NCBI GenBank assembly: GCA_964658305.1
Contig: OZ210884.1
Span: 6,324,001 to 6,388,000 of the forward strand
DNA from: Leptogorgia sarmentosa
Taxonomy: Eukaryota
Direction of reading: 5' to 3'
Length of the DNA stretch: 64,000 bases
The translations under genes were made by a program, and so were the position numbers. The notes below the pieces were generated by a model. That model did not search any database, was not told where the DNA came from, and saw only the letters and a program-made list of their open reading frames with translations. This document shows, in pieces, positions 37,901 through 51,250 of the stretch; the first letter of the stretch is position 1, and every line of letters begins with the position of its first letter.

Positions 37901-40900
37901 ATACAGATACAAGACTTAGTGGTGATATCAGTGGTTATTACAATGAAACAACAACTTCGTCTTGAAACAACGTCTTCTTAATATAGCTCAGTGGTGGCCG
38001 TCAGACAAGCAGTAAGCTCCATTCCTGTCCTCTTTAATCAATCGCGTTTGGTATTTATATTTTATAGGCGCGTACATCAACAAATACAACAATATATTTT
38101 TGAGATGTAAGAGAATTTTAATACTTTATCTCAATTCTTTGAAAAAATATCAAAACAACACTGCAGTATATATATTTATATAGTAACAAACAGTAAAATC
38201 CAGGGGGGGTTGGAAACGGCGCCTGCACACACTTCAACTGTGGTCAGTAATTACCATCATGAGAATAGGGGACGTGTGACGTAAAATCCGCCATGTTTTT
38301 GGCGACACTTCAAAGTGGAGAGCCCGATCTCCAGATATATTAAGTATAGCTCAGTGGTTTTGGCCTTATTTCAATTTTGACCGCCATCTTGAATATGATT
38401 AGATTTAACCTGCGAACAGGCTACTTCAACAGAATGTATCCAGTTTTATATAGCGTGCTGTGACAAAACCGTTCATGGGTCGGCCATCTGGACAGTGTGC
38501 TCTGTACGCATTTTCAATTTACAAATCGAAAGGCCGATAAAACAGCACGCTGCCGTTTCAAATCCTTTGTTAAATTACAACTGCACATTGACAGGGACCT
38601 GCAATGTCAAGATTGTTTGCTTAAAGCGTCGTACTTAAACACTGCACTTCACATTTTCGCAAAAATCCGATCGAACATCGCCTTCACTCCTCGAACGCCG
38701 CCATCTTGCATTACGTAATTATAAGCAAAAGCTCGTCGCTGATTGGCTAGAAGCTAACAGCTAACAGCTAACAGCTAACAGCTAACAGCTAACAGGGTCA
38801 TAGCATAGTATCTGCGTTCGCAGATACAAAAACGATACGGACAATTTTTTTGTTAAACATCAAAAAACGTTTTTAATGAGCGAACGGCTTCTTTCGAATT
38901 ATTCTTTTATTCTTTTAAGAGGACGATTTTATCTATAGGTCACGTATTTTCGACGAAATGCTGTGTTTAAAACCTGAAATCTTTTTCGCGTTCCTCTCAA
39001 AATGAAATTGTTCTATATGATTATTGTCTTGACAAAACTGATTGCTATCTTCGAAACTATAGTGTTGAAATTGAGAAACTAAAATTTAAGGAACTATAAA
39101 AATTATGAGCATCAATGTTGGTAGTCCAACACGAATGATCAGCCTCGCGGTTTCAACAATAAATGCAAGATTTCAAACGTAATTTTCTCTTTTGGTATAT
39201 TCTCCAAAATCATTTATTTTCGTTTTATATTATTAATTATGAATCCATAAAACTTTTTAAGTGAGTCTGCCGAAAAATTTGAAATTTATATTTCGACGAA
39301 TTTGTGTTTTGAGCGCGAGATACGTGACATACAGAAAATCTGTGACTTAAGGAAAATTTCATTAGTTTGATTGACAGTTATTGTTTCATGTTTGATTCAG
39401 TTACTCGAAAAATCTTTCATTACTTACATGCATCCGTCTGGCTTATCCTAGTTTTCTTTAAATTATGACAAGCTACAGTATGATTGATAATGGAAAAAAG
39501 TTATACTTTTGAAATTAAAGCTTCATTATTAAAATTGCATCCTACATTCGTACTGCAAATAATGCTGACATTAATAATATTATACTGTATGATTAAAATA
39601 ATTAAAAAGGCATGATCATGCTGTATTATGTAATTATCTGTCAATCAATGGACAATTTGCGATGTTTTTTGTTGTTGACTGTATCTGGTACACTGCAAAA
39701 AAATTTTTACTCTCTATTTTGACCAGCAAAAACTTGCGCAGTTTGAGCTGCGTGGTAGGTTTAAAGTTTTGTTGTGACAAGCATGTGATGTGCTTTACGT
39801 CGTATATAGTAGTTGTAGTTTAGGCCATACATGTCCATGTATAAGCACTTGTACTGTGAAACTGCGAAATATAATAACTATATGCATAGATACTGATCAC
39901 GGGATCAGGCGTAATTTGTGCCCTCACCTTACTGGGCAAAACAATGTTAGCACATAGGGAGAATTTATTGTCAATAGTTTTGTTAAAGTTAATAATCATA
40001 ATTTGCTACAACGTTTAATTATACGTTTAAATTCATTGATATAGAATTCTTTGTCACCTGCTGCGAATCTGCCACAATTGAGTAAGTACTGAAGACTGGG
40101 AACTTATATATATCTTATTACAATTACTATTAATACCGCCCCTCTAATGTTTACACTTAGCGGAAGACTGGGAACTGTATATCTTATAATAATTGTTATT
40201 AATACCGCCCCTCTAATGTTTACACTTAGCGGAAGACTGGGAACTGTATATCTTATTATAATTGTTATTAATACCGCCCCTCTAATGTTTACACTTAGCG
40301 GAAGACTGGGAACTGTATATCTTATTATAATTGTTATTAATACCGCCCCTCTAATGTTTACACTTAGCGGAAGACTGGGAACTGTATATCTTATTATAAT
40401 TGTTATTAATACCGCCCCTCTAATGTTTACAATTAGAAGACTGGGAACTGTATATCTTATTATAATTAACAATTAGATTACGAGCTCGAGATTTCTATGA
40501 GGTGATAGTTGATGAGGGCGAAGCCCGAATCAACTATCCTCTCGTAGAAATCGAGAGCGAGTAATTAATCTAATTGTTTTAGTAGAATCAGAGATCAAAC
40601 ATAAAAATATTGCAAAAAAAAATTTAAAAACGCGTCTCAGAAGACATTTTCTTGAACGAAAATTCACATATTTTGCTACTCGCTATCTATCGAGGAATAG
40701 ATAGCGAGTAGAGTAGCCAATCAAATTGCGGCATTTGCAATAGTATACGAGTATGATTCTACTAATTGTTAATTATTAGTAATAATACCGCCCTTCTGTT
40801 GAGTAGACAGTGAAAAGTGTGGCCAATCAATTCACAGCATTTGCAATAGCATATACTAGTATGATTGGTGATTCTATAAATTATATAATATAATTTAGGT

Positions 40901-41302
40901 GATTGCCCTTCTGGTGACTGGGAGAAATTTGATGGCCATTGTTACTATGTCAGTAATAAAACGAAAAGTTGGGATGAAGCAAGAAGTGACTGTCAATTGC
41001 GTGGCGGTGACTTGGCTGTGCCAACCGACTTGGAAAATAATCAAAATATTTATCGAGTTGTTAAAAAACGCAGCATTCCTTTAGTATGGGTTGGAGTTCG
41101 TAAAACACACGAGGGGTTTCGCACGGTGTTCGGTGAAAAGGTGAATTTCACAAATTGGAATCGAAACGAGCCAAGTGGTGGTAGGGAACATTGCGTTGAA
41201 CTCATGTACAGACCATTTTGGAGAAGACAAGTTGACTTTGCCGGAAGATGGAATGATGCAATATGCTCTGCCTCTCACCGTTATTATGTCTGCCAGGTGT
41301 AA
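34967..41302 (+). CDS. Secreted PAN/apple + C-type lectin domain protein, 3 exons
   Basis: Exon 34967-35302 has a signal peptide and the PAN pattern ECALFCVRRASCTSINY..GLCELN. Exon 40045-40081 is a 37-bp phase 0->1 linker. Exon 40899-41302 reads CPSGDWEKFDGHCYY..WDEARSDC..WVG..TNWNRNEPS..EHCV..WNDAIC..YVCQ. Confidence 0.85.
36014..38356. mobile_element. P-like non-autonomous DNA transposon, 2.3 kb
   Basis: Perfect 34-bp TIR CACTGAGCTATACTTAATATATCTGGAGATCGGG, 8-bp TSD GTTTTGGC, subterminal inverted block GTGTCGCCAAAAACATGGCGGATTTTA. No transposase recognised. Confidence 0.85.
38752..38795 (+). repeat. (AGCTAAC)6 repeat (copy at 43818-43861)
   Basis: Perfect heptamer run. Confidence 0.9.
40091..40465 (+). 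repeat. 69-bp minisatellite, ~5.4 units
   Basis: Unit GGAAGACTGGGAACTGTATATCTTATTATAATTGTTATTAATACCGCCCCTCTAATGTTTACACTTAGC, head to tail with no spacers. Confidence 0.95.
40466..40765 (+). mobile_element. Hairpin-headed repeat, full-length copy
   Basis: TTAACAATTAGATTACGAGCTCGAGATTTCTATGAGG..GGGCGAAGCCC..TCTAATTGTTTTAGTAGAATC ... GATTCTACTAA; interrupts the last minisatellite unit. Confidence 0.8.
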
Positions 41303-41698
41303 CTGTCTAAACTAACTATATATTCGCAGTGATTACTTTAAAAAATATTCAAACAAGTTCAGAACCCGTTCACACGGTGCCGGAGAATGAATTTGAGACC
41401 CGATAAAATGAATTCGACTCTTTCTGCATTGCGTTTACACACTAGAGGACAATCTCTTTGACCATGCATGCAGACCGCTTTTAAGTTTGTTCGATACCAT
41501 ACGTTTTTCACCGTAAGCGCGGTAGAGGATCGACTGGGTATATGACGATATATTTTGTTTAGCTACTTCATGTATAAACTATACCGTTAAAACCCTTCGT
41601 ATACTTTTGTGATCTTCACTCGTCCGTCTGGTATAAACACTCGAATAAAAGTCCAGAATTTAAACGGTGTGTAAATAAACAGAAACGGACGAATTTTA

Positions 41699-41846
41699 AG
41701 CCTGTTTTCCACTAGGCGAATTTGTTCGCGCGAACAGTGGGACAAGCAACTTGATTGGCTGGCGACAGACACTGACGACTTCACCACCCAATCATATTCG
41801 AGTTTTGCTTGTTCGCGCGAAAATATCGCCCAGTGGAAAACGGGCT
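41699..41846. mobile_element. PIF/Harbinger-type MITE (copy at 46765-46912; relics near 26100-26225 and 56380-56475)
   Basis: TTA|AGCCTGTTTTCCACTAGGCGA ... TCGCCCAGTGGAAAACGGGCT|TTA. Confidence 0.8.
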
Positions 41847-44800
41847 TTAGTCCGGGTCCAAATTCGTCTGGTGTATAACGTAGTTTTCAGTTAAATTTTC
41901 TTGTTTTAATCGTAAACGTCTCTAGCTGGTGTACATCCATGTATTTCTAATTTTGTTACTGTGGAGTTTTATATTTATATCTTTCTGTGATACAATGGAA
42001 TTTAATTGCTTGATTGTCTTGTTTGTTCATAGTTGTTCAAACTTGATGGGTTCTGGTGTTGGCAGTACAATCTTTGCATAACTATTATGCCTCCAAAAAG
42101 ATGGGAGGAAGCAAGGTTCAGTGCACCACTGGCATGGGTGCCATGACATTGTTTTTAATAATAACTAAGTTTTAATAATGATTTCTTCAATAATAATATT
42201 GTTTTAAATAACTAATTAATATAATTAATTCATTTGTTAATAGTTGTTGTACATAGTTTTTAATAATTTGTTCTCCAATGTTCAGTAGCTAAAATAATAA
42301 ATAAGGAAATAATAAATAAGTTAAAATTTAATCTGATTACTAATGTATTAATATATTTATTTTGTCTCAATCAATTCTATGCATATCTAATTCTCTTGAA
42401 TGCAAATTGATGAGTGCAATCACATTTGCCACATAACTGGACCATTTCGCATTGATTTTGAAGTTGAAAGCATCAAATTAAACTAGAAAGTGAACACAAT
42501 TCCATAAGTATTTATTTCTTAGTTGTGCTGGCTAATCAAAGTCAATATGCCAGCAAAATTAAGTGCTGAGCAAATGGGGATTGACATCCATAGAATTGGT
42601 TGAGGAACTTGTTTACTCATACTTGTGTTGTATGTGTTTTAAAATAAAAAAAATAAATTTGTTGTGATTTGAATGTGAATATATTATTGTATATCCTGAA
42701 ATATTATATCATTATCTTGGAAATTTTCTGATAAAATATTATTCTTCAATGCAAATAAAAATGATATATGAATTGCATAAAATGCAGATATCAAACATTC
42801 TAGATCAAGCATCTAAAAGGCAATTGTTCCTTGAATATTCAATCAAATAGTGGCATTACCTTTTTCAAGCAAGACCATTATAAATATATACACTTCACTT
42901 CATATTGACATGCTGCACTTATTTTTCAATAATTTCATCGATAGAATATACCTGAAATTGCAATACATACAGATACAAGACTTAGTGGTGATATCAGTGG
43001 TTATTACAATGAAACAACAACTTCGTCTTGAAACAACGTCTTCTTAATATAGCTCAGTGGTGGCCGTCAGACAAGCAGTAAGCTCCATTCCTGTCCTCTT
43101 TAATCAATCGCGTTTGGTATTTATATTTTATAGGCGCGTACATCAACAAATACAACAATATATTTTTGAGATGTAAGAGAATTTTAATACTTTATCTCAA
43201 TTCTTTGAAAAAATATCAAAACAACACTGCAGTATATATATTTATATAGTAACAAACAGTAAAATCCAGGGGGGGTTGGAAACGGCGCCTGCACACACTT
43301 CAACTGTGGTCAGTAATTACCATCATGAGAATAGGGGACGTGTGACGTAAAATCCGCCATGTTTTTGGCGACACTTCAAAGTGGAGAGCCCGATCTCCAG
43401 ATATATTAAGTATAGCTCAGTGGTTTTGGCCTTATTTCAATTTTGACCGCCATCTTGAATATGATTAGATTTAACCTGCGAACAGGCTACTTCAACAGAA
43501 TGTATCCAGTTTTATATAGCGTGCTGTGACAAAACCGTTCATGGGTCGGCCATCTGGACAGTGTGCTCTGTACGCATTTTCAATTTACAAATCGAAAGGC
43601 CGATAAAACAGCACGCTGCCGTTTCAAATCCTTTGTTAAATTACAACTGCACATTGACAGGGACCTGCAATGTCAAGATTGTTTGCTTAAAGCGTCGTAC
43701 TTAAACACTGCACTTCACATTTTCGCAAAAATCCGATCGAACATCGCCTTCACTCCTCGAACGCCGCCATCTTGCATTACGTAATTATAAGCAAAAGCTC
43801 GTCGCTGATTGGCTAGAAGCTAACAGCTAACAGCTAACAGCTAACAGCTAACAGCTAACAGGGTCATAGCATAGTATCTGCGTTCGCAGATACAAAAACG
43901 ATACGGACAATTTTTTTGTTAAACATCAAAAAACGTTTTTAATGAGCGAACGGCTTCTTTCGAATTATTCTTTTATTCTTTTAAGAGGACGATTTTATCT
44001 ATAGGTCACGTATTTTCGACGAAATGCTGTGTTTAAAACCTGAAATCTTTTTCGCGTTCCTCTCAAAATGAAATTGTTCTATATGATTATTGTCTTGACA
44101 AAACTGATTGCTATCTTCGAAACTATAGTGTTGAAATTGAGAAACTAAAATTTAAGGAACTATAAAAATTATGAGCATCAATGTTGGTAGTCCAACACGA
44201 ATGATCAGCCTCGCGGTTTCAACAATAAATGCAAGATTTCAAACGTAATTTTCTCTTTTGGTATATTCTCCAAAATCATTTATTTTCGTTTTATATTATT
44301 AATTATGAATCCATAAAACTTTTTAAGTGAGTCTGCCGAAAAATTTGAAATTTATATTTCGACGAATTTGTGTTTTGAGCGCGAGATACGTGACATACAG
44401 AAAATCTGTGACTTAAGGAAAATTTCATTAGTTTGATTGACAGTTATTGTTTCATGTTTGATTCAGTTACTCGAAAAATCTTTCATTACTTACATGCATC
44501 CGTCTGGCTTATCCTAGTTTTCTTTAAATTATGACAAGCTACAGTATGATTGATAATGGAAAAAAGTTATACTTTTGAAATTAAAGCTTCATTATTAAAA
44601 TTGCATCCTACATTCGTACTGCAAATAATGCTGACATTAATAATATTATACTGTATGATTAAAATAATTAAAAAGGCATGATCATGCTGTATTATGTAAT
44701 TATCTGTCAATCAATGGACAATTTGCGATGTTTTTTGTTGTTGACTGTATCTGGTACACTGCAAAAAAATTTTTACTCTCTATTTTGACCAGCAAAAACT

Positions 44801-45156
44801 TGCGCAGTTTGAGCTGCGTGGTAGGTTTAAAGTTTTGTTGTGACAAGCATGTGATGTGCTTTACGTCGTATATAGTAGTTGTAGTTTAGGCCATACATGT
44901 CCATGTATAAGCACTTGTACTGTGAAACTGCGAAATATAATAACTATATGCATAGATACTGATCACGGGATCAGGCGTAATTTGTGCCCTCACCTTACTG
45001 GGCAAAACAATGTTAGCACATAGGGAGAATTTATTGTCAATAGTTTTGTTAAAGTTAATAATCATAATTTGCTACAACGTTTAATTATACGTTTAAATTC
45101 ATTGATATAGAATTCTTTGTCACCTGCTGCGAATCTGCCACAATTGAGTAAGTACT

Positions 45157-45531
45157 GAAGACTGGGAACTTATATATATCTTATTACAATTACTATTAAT
45201 ACCGCCCCTCTAATGTTTACACTTAGCGGAAGACTGGGAACTGTATATCTTATAATAATTGTTATTAATACCGCCCCTCTAATGTTTACACTTAGCGGAA
45301 GACTGGGAACTGTATATCTTATTATAATTGTTATTAATACCGCCCCTCTAATGTTTACACTTAGCGGAAGACTGGGAACTGTATATCTTATTATAATTGT
45401 TATTAATACCGCCCCTCTAATGTTTACACTTAGCGGAAGACTGGGAACTGTATATCTTATTATAATTGTTATTAATACCGCCCCTCTAATGTTTACAATT
45501 AGAAGACTGGGAACTGTATATCTTATTATAA
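45157..45531 (+). repeat. 69-bp minisatellite, duplicated copy
   Basis: Same as 40091-40465. Confidence 0.95.
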
Positions 45532-45831
45532 TTAACAATTAGATTACGAGCTCGAGATTTCTATGAGGTGATAGTTGATGAGGGCGAAGCCCGAATCAAC
45601 TATCCTCTCGTAGAAATCGAGAGCGAGTAATTAATCTAATTGTTTTAGTAGAATCAGAGATCAAACATAAAAATATTGCAAAAAAAAATTTAAAAACGCG
45701 TCTCAGAAGACATTTTCTTGAACGAAAATTCACATATTTTGCTACTCGCTATCTATCGAGGAATAGATAGCGAGTAGAGTAGCCAATCAAATTGCGGCAT
45801 TTGCAATAGTATACGAGTATGATTCTACTAA
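45532..45831 (+). mobile_element. Hairpin-headed repeat, duplicated copy
   Basis: Same as 40466-40765. Confidence 0.8.
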
Positions 45832-48009
45832 TTGTTAATTATTAGTAATAATACCGCCCTTCTGTTGAGTAGACAGTGAAAAGTGTGGCCAATCAATTCA
45901 CAGCATTTGCAATAGCATATACTAGTATGATTGGTGATTCTATAAATTATATAATATAATTTAGGTGATTGCCCTTCTGGTGACTGGGAGAAATTTGATG
46001 GCCATTGTTACTATGTCAGTAATAAAACGAAAAGTTGGGATGAAGCAAGAAGTGACTGTCAATTGCGTGGCGGTGACTTGGCTGTGCCAACCGACTTGGA
46101 AAATAATCAAAATATTTATCGAGTTGTTAAAAAACGCAGCATTCCTTTAGTATGGGTTGGAGTTCGTAAAACACACGAGGGGTTTCGCACGGTGTTCGGT
46201 GAAAAGGTGAATTTCACAAATTGGAATCGAAACGAGCCAAGTGGTGGTAGGGAACATTGCGTTGAACTCATGTACAGACCATTTTGGAGAAGACAAGTTG
46301 ACTTTGCCGGAAGATGGAATGATGCAATATGCTCTGCCTCTCACCGTTATTATGTCTGCCAGGTGTAACTGTCTAAACTAACTATATATTCGCAGTGATT
46401 ACTTTAAAAAATATTCAAACAAGTTCAGAACCCGTTCACACGGTGCCGGAGAATGAATTTGAGACCCGATAAAATGAATTCGACTCTTTCTGCATTGCGT
46501 TTACACACTAGAGGACAATCTCTTTGACCATGCATGCAGACCGCTTTTAAGTTTGTTCGATACCATACGTTTTTCACCGTAAGCGCGGTAGAGGATCGAC
46601 TGGGTATATGACGATATATTTTGTTTAGCTACTTCATGTATAAACTATACCGTTAAAACCCTTCGTATACTTTTGTGATCTTCACTCGTCCGTCTGGTAT
46701 AAACACTCGAATAAAAGTCCAGAATTTAAACGGTGTGTAAATAAACAGAAACGGACGAATTTTAAGCCTGTTTTCCACTAGGCGAATTTGTTCGCGCGAA
46801 CAGTGGGACAAGCAACTTGATTGGCTGGCGACAGACACTGACGACTTCACCACCCAATCATATTCGAGTTTTGCTTGTTCGCGCGAAAATATCGCCCAGT
46901 GGAAAACGGGCTTTAGTCCGGGTCCAAATTCGTCTGGTGTATAACGTAGTTTTCAGTTAAATTTTCTTGTTTTAATCGTAAACGTCTCTAGCTGGTGTAC
47001 ATCCATGTATTTCTAATTTTTTTCGCTTTATTGTACCATATAATGTGACTCAAGTGAATTCACTGCAGGGCCTTTGTTAAAATATATACTGAGGGGCGAC
47101 ACCGCCCGTCCACTGAAAGATTTTGCCCCTTTAGTTAAAGCTAAGTTCCTTTTTATCTGAAAATGAGAGGAAATCATGTTGAAATTGCAAGAAATCTAGT
47201 CAACAGAGCACAAAAAATACAAATTCTTCACTTTTCACGTAGTTGGTCATGCACGCCGCTAAAAGGCCCTGGAGTTCCGAGTTGCTGTGAAAGATCAGTA
47301 CTTATTTGGGTAAAAGGTCACAAACGTGCAGGTAGTTCTTCTTCAGTCAGTTCACTATTGTACTCCTGCACTGGAGTTACTGATGTTGCGGTTGTTATGC
47401 CATTAAAAACGTATGCAGTAGTAATTTTTCTCAATGAAAAATTATAACAAATTAACTGATGTAATTAGATAACTTGTGTTGAATGAATTATTAAAAAAAT
47501 ATAGCTTCATTGCCTGGTAAATTTGGAATCTTCCGGTGTCCTAAATACCCTCCATGTACAAAGAAATAAACGAAATATTGAATGAAACCCGGCATTGACT
47601 ATCAAATCACTATGAATCATCTATCCAATGTTTTTTTGTCATCTTGAACCCAATATGTACAAAAGCATAAATATGACTACCTATAATTTAGTTTCAGAAC
47701 TGTAAAATTGATAATGACGGAATGGCAAAAGAAATTAAAACTGTATCTTTTGTCTGTGTTCTGATCAACAAATCAACAAACCTACCATTAAATCAATGTT
47801 CAGAAATAGTCATGACTGTGTTATTATTGATGACAGACGAATATAATTATGCATGAGGTAATGGACATGCAAAGAAAAATGCCCATATTCGGGAATGAAA
47901 ATGTGTATTATAGCCAGACAAGGATCAACAAGGAAAAAAACTGAATTGTGTGAAAGGTGAAGGATGAAATAATTATAGCGCTTCCTAAAAACCATCATTG
48001 CATGTTTAG

Positions 48010-48190
48010 GTGGAAATAGTGGTCAGAGCTTGCCTTTTACCTTTGATGTTGCGGGTTCGATTATAAGTAAAATGCTCCTCGAACTTGGTAGTGTCCTCAA
48101 GTGAAAAGAGTCAATCAACAGTCTGCACAAAGTCGGCTCCAGTTTCTTCCGCAAGCTAAGGAAATTGACAGGGTACTGGGTTTAGCATAA
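48010..48190 (+). mobile_element. Degenerate tRNA-derived SINE-like sequence
   Basis: A-box-like TAGTGGTCAGAGC and B-box GGTTCGATT at tRNA-like spacing, followed by a non-tRNA body; no acceptor stem found. Confidence 0.45.
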
Positions 48191-51100
48191 ACAAAGAAAA
48201 GGAAATAAAATCTCAACTGTTCAAAAAATAGCTAGTTTAGGTTGAAAGTAAAGGTAACATTCCATGCATAATTTGCCACTGGACCCTATACTGCATTGGG
48301 GAATAATCTTTAACAATCTATATAACAAATCGTGACTTAAAAATTAAACATCATGTGGATGGTAGGCAGATTTAATTACTAATACTATATTGAGGTACAA
48401 TACAAACAGTATTGTTGAAAAACATGCTTCTTAATTCATTCAAATGTTATTAAGAGTTTTCAGCACCGAAAGAGGTTTCAAGTCTTATTTATATTTCGGT
48501 GATAAAACCAACACTTAAGCATGGCGCCCATTTTTTTTGCGTAGTTAATCTAAAGAGCATTGTCAGTTGTGAATGATCTACCGTTGATGAACTACCTACA
48601 GGCACTAATTGAAAAGTGATTTTAAACACTCAAAAGACTCAATTAAGGACCCTCATCTTTTCACACTATTGTTTTGACGCTTTACTTCGTTTTGCTGCAT
48701 GGTGATACAACATATCGGCATTTGCAGGATTCACTCTATATGGTAAATTACCCTCCAGCGAAGATAAACGTTCAGGATCTGTAATCTCTTTTAGCTTTCT
48801 TCGAACTGACACTTCAAAAAACCCGCCAGACGGCTGCATAAGCTGTTCTGTGCCGAAAGTCGTGCTCTGTTCATATAAATTTAAAGTCTGCAACCAACAG
48901 AAAATCTATCCAAATGCTATTTTTAGTTTCTTCTCTTTAATTTCTGTAGTACATATACAATTGTGGTTGGTAGTGCTCACCATTTTATTTACCCGAAGAC
49001 CCTTCGTCGGGAATTAGTGTGAATCTTATTGTATTGTTTACTGTATTGAGTAAAACTTTTGCTCCCTGTTGATGTTGCTTTCCGCTACCTACACTGGCCA
49101 CATATTGAAGTTTGAATCTTATTGTATCGTTTAGGTATTGAGTAAAACGTTTGCTGCTTATTGATGTTGTTTTCCGCTACCTACACTGGCCACATATTGC
49201 TGAATACGTTGCAAAGTCGCGAAACAATTTGCCAATTGAAAGTTGATATAATAATTTGCAACAGCTGGGAAGATCGCAAGATCAATAAAAGCGCTGATAC
49301 GATTAATTTTCCAAATGCAGTAAAATGCCATATGGAACGAGGAAGCACTGATTTTATCCCGATTTTTTTTTAATTTGTATCTCAAGATTGTAATCCTGCT
49401 GTTTTTTGTGTGTTTATATATAGTTGCATCATTCATAAAAATAGATATCCACGCTAGCTAGGTCTAACATCTCGATGAGACCATTGGAGTGAAGCAAAGT
49501 TAAATTAATTGTGTAATAGACAAAGTTTTGAAACTGGAAAATTCAAATAGTAAAATTTGTTCCCACATTATTTGAAAGTAATGTAAATTTATTAAAATCG
49601 TTTAGGAAATCAAAAATGCGAAGAAAAACGCCTGCAAATTTCGTTTATTTTTCTATTCATATCTTTTGCAAAGCTCCACCAAAAATTCAAAGAAGGCGGA
49701 CGGAGGTGTTGGGTACGAAATTCAGCTTCTATCGGACTTTGGGGGGGGGAATTCGATCCCAGAAGGATATGGGCACCCGCAGTCACATTTTGAGTTGCAG
49801 TGAAATAGATCTGGGACTGTAATAAAATAGATGTAGGAATGGCTTAAATTTGTCTATTATGCGATCCTTCCATTGCCAAATTTTTTTTAAGCAATTCAAG
49901 TTCCAAAATTTATACAGGATAGCATTTTTGTTTCTTATGATTCCATGAATAGAATGTTTTTTTGTTGTGAAATACTAAGATTAAAATTTCTACGCAATGT
50001 ACTGAAAAACACTGATATTGTACCAATTAATCAATGTCAAACGTTTTAACTAATATAATGAGACGGTTAGTCCGAACAAGGAGTGCATATTATTAATAAC
50101 ACATGCAATTTTGAAATACCGGCCGCATATTTCGAATCAATGTGATGCATTTTCAGCATGCAGTGTTGAAATTATACTAACTACTCCGCTGAATTTACAG
50201 TGTGGTAGCTGTGTAGATCCATGACTTAAGCGATGTTTGATCGATCTCGCCTTTGTGGGGGAATAGACGAGACAGAATGCGGAAATTGCAGCTAATCCGG
50301 CATAGAATGGATCCTACAAAAGATTGCAAATGGTAAAGTCAGTTTCTCCAACAAATGATGGAATGCACTTTTAATCTTACCAGAGAACGACAGCAGCAAC
50401 CTTTCATGCAGGATCAATGTGAATGGCACGCATTAAGCTGCACTAAATATTATCCATGGATACTAATATGTTGTTGCATGCTTGTCTATGTAAATATTGC
50501 CGAAGCGGTAGCATAATTCAGTAAACATTCTGAAAACGCCACTTAAGACTTAAGTGCCCGATACGCCTCGTGCTGTTTGGCGTAGACCGACTGGAGTGCT
50601 CTAATTTTCCGTAAAAAACTCCTTTATGTATCTGACAAGGCGCTTTTGTATTACAGTGAGTCAATATATTAAAACAATTGTGTGAGGGCAATACGTATAC
50701 TAAATCCTCCACGAGGTATTTGTATTCTTCACTTGTGCCATCGCTGGCTTCATGTACTTGTATATAGTGCTGTATAATGAGTCTGACCTTTCAAGCTTTG
50801 TTTGTTGCTGTATATGGCCGGTCAGCTAATTGAGGCAAATAGAGGAAAAAGGGTTAAATTGACCAAAATTGCGGTTTATCGCCTCATCGGCGGCGAAACA
50901 GCGAACCTGAGATATTCAGGCTTGTGTAATTGGATAAATATACCACAAGTACTTTCGTCGTGTTCAATACAGAAACAAGGAACGTGTCTAAAACAGATTA
51001 ATTAAATCACTGTTTTGTCAAATTGCAGCATTCATTTCCACTGCAGTAATCCATGTTTGTTTTTGGATTGTGTCGTAATAACAGGATTGTGTTCTGAGCT

Positions 51101-51250
51101 CTATTGGTAGATGACTTGCCAAGTATACACTTAGACGGAATTAAACAGCATATTCTTATATCACGAATATATATAGTGGCATATCCGTTTGGAATAAGAT
51201 CATAGCAGTTGCAAAGACAAGTGGCACAAACCGTGTGTCAGTTTATTACC

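Larger units (their letters stand above)
45111..46368 (+). pseudogene. Duplicated exons 2-3 of the C-type lectin gene, lacking exon 1
   Basis: 45111-45147 and 45965-46368 match 40045-40081 and 40899-41302; no duplicate of the signal peptide/PAN exon. Confidence 0.75.
36885..47020 (+). repeat. Near-identical tandem duplication (36885-41954; 41955-47020)
   Basis: Junction CTAATTTT|GTTACTGTGGAG at 41954/41955. ORF track repeats at offset 5066. The only difference noticed is a 4-bp TAAG indel near 37251. Confidence 0.95.

Noticed and set aside
40091..40476. 69-bp repeats as a CRISPR array or as repetitive proteins (ORFs 40104-40472, 40147-40476 and copies)
   Set aside because: Units are contiguous with no unique spacers and no cas genes. 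The ORFs arise because 69 is divisible by 3, and the repeat lies in an intron.
49020..49200. ~92-bp direct repeat
   Set aside because: Simple two-copy local duplication with no further structure.
47160..49440. Possible small minus-strand gene (ORF 48666-48893 and nearby exon-like pieces)
   Set aside because: No recognisable domain and no consistent splice model could be built.
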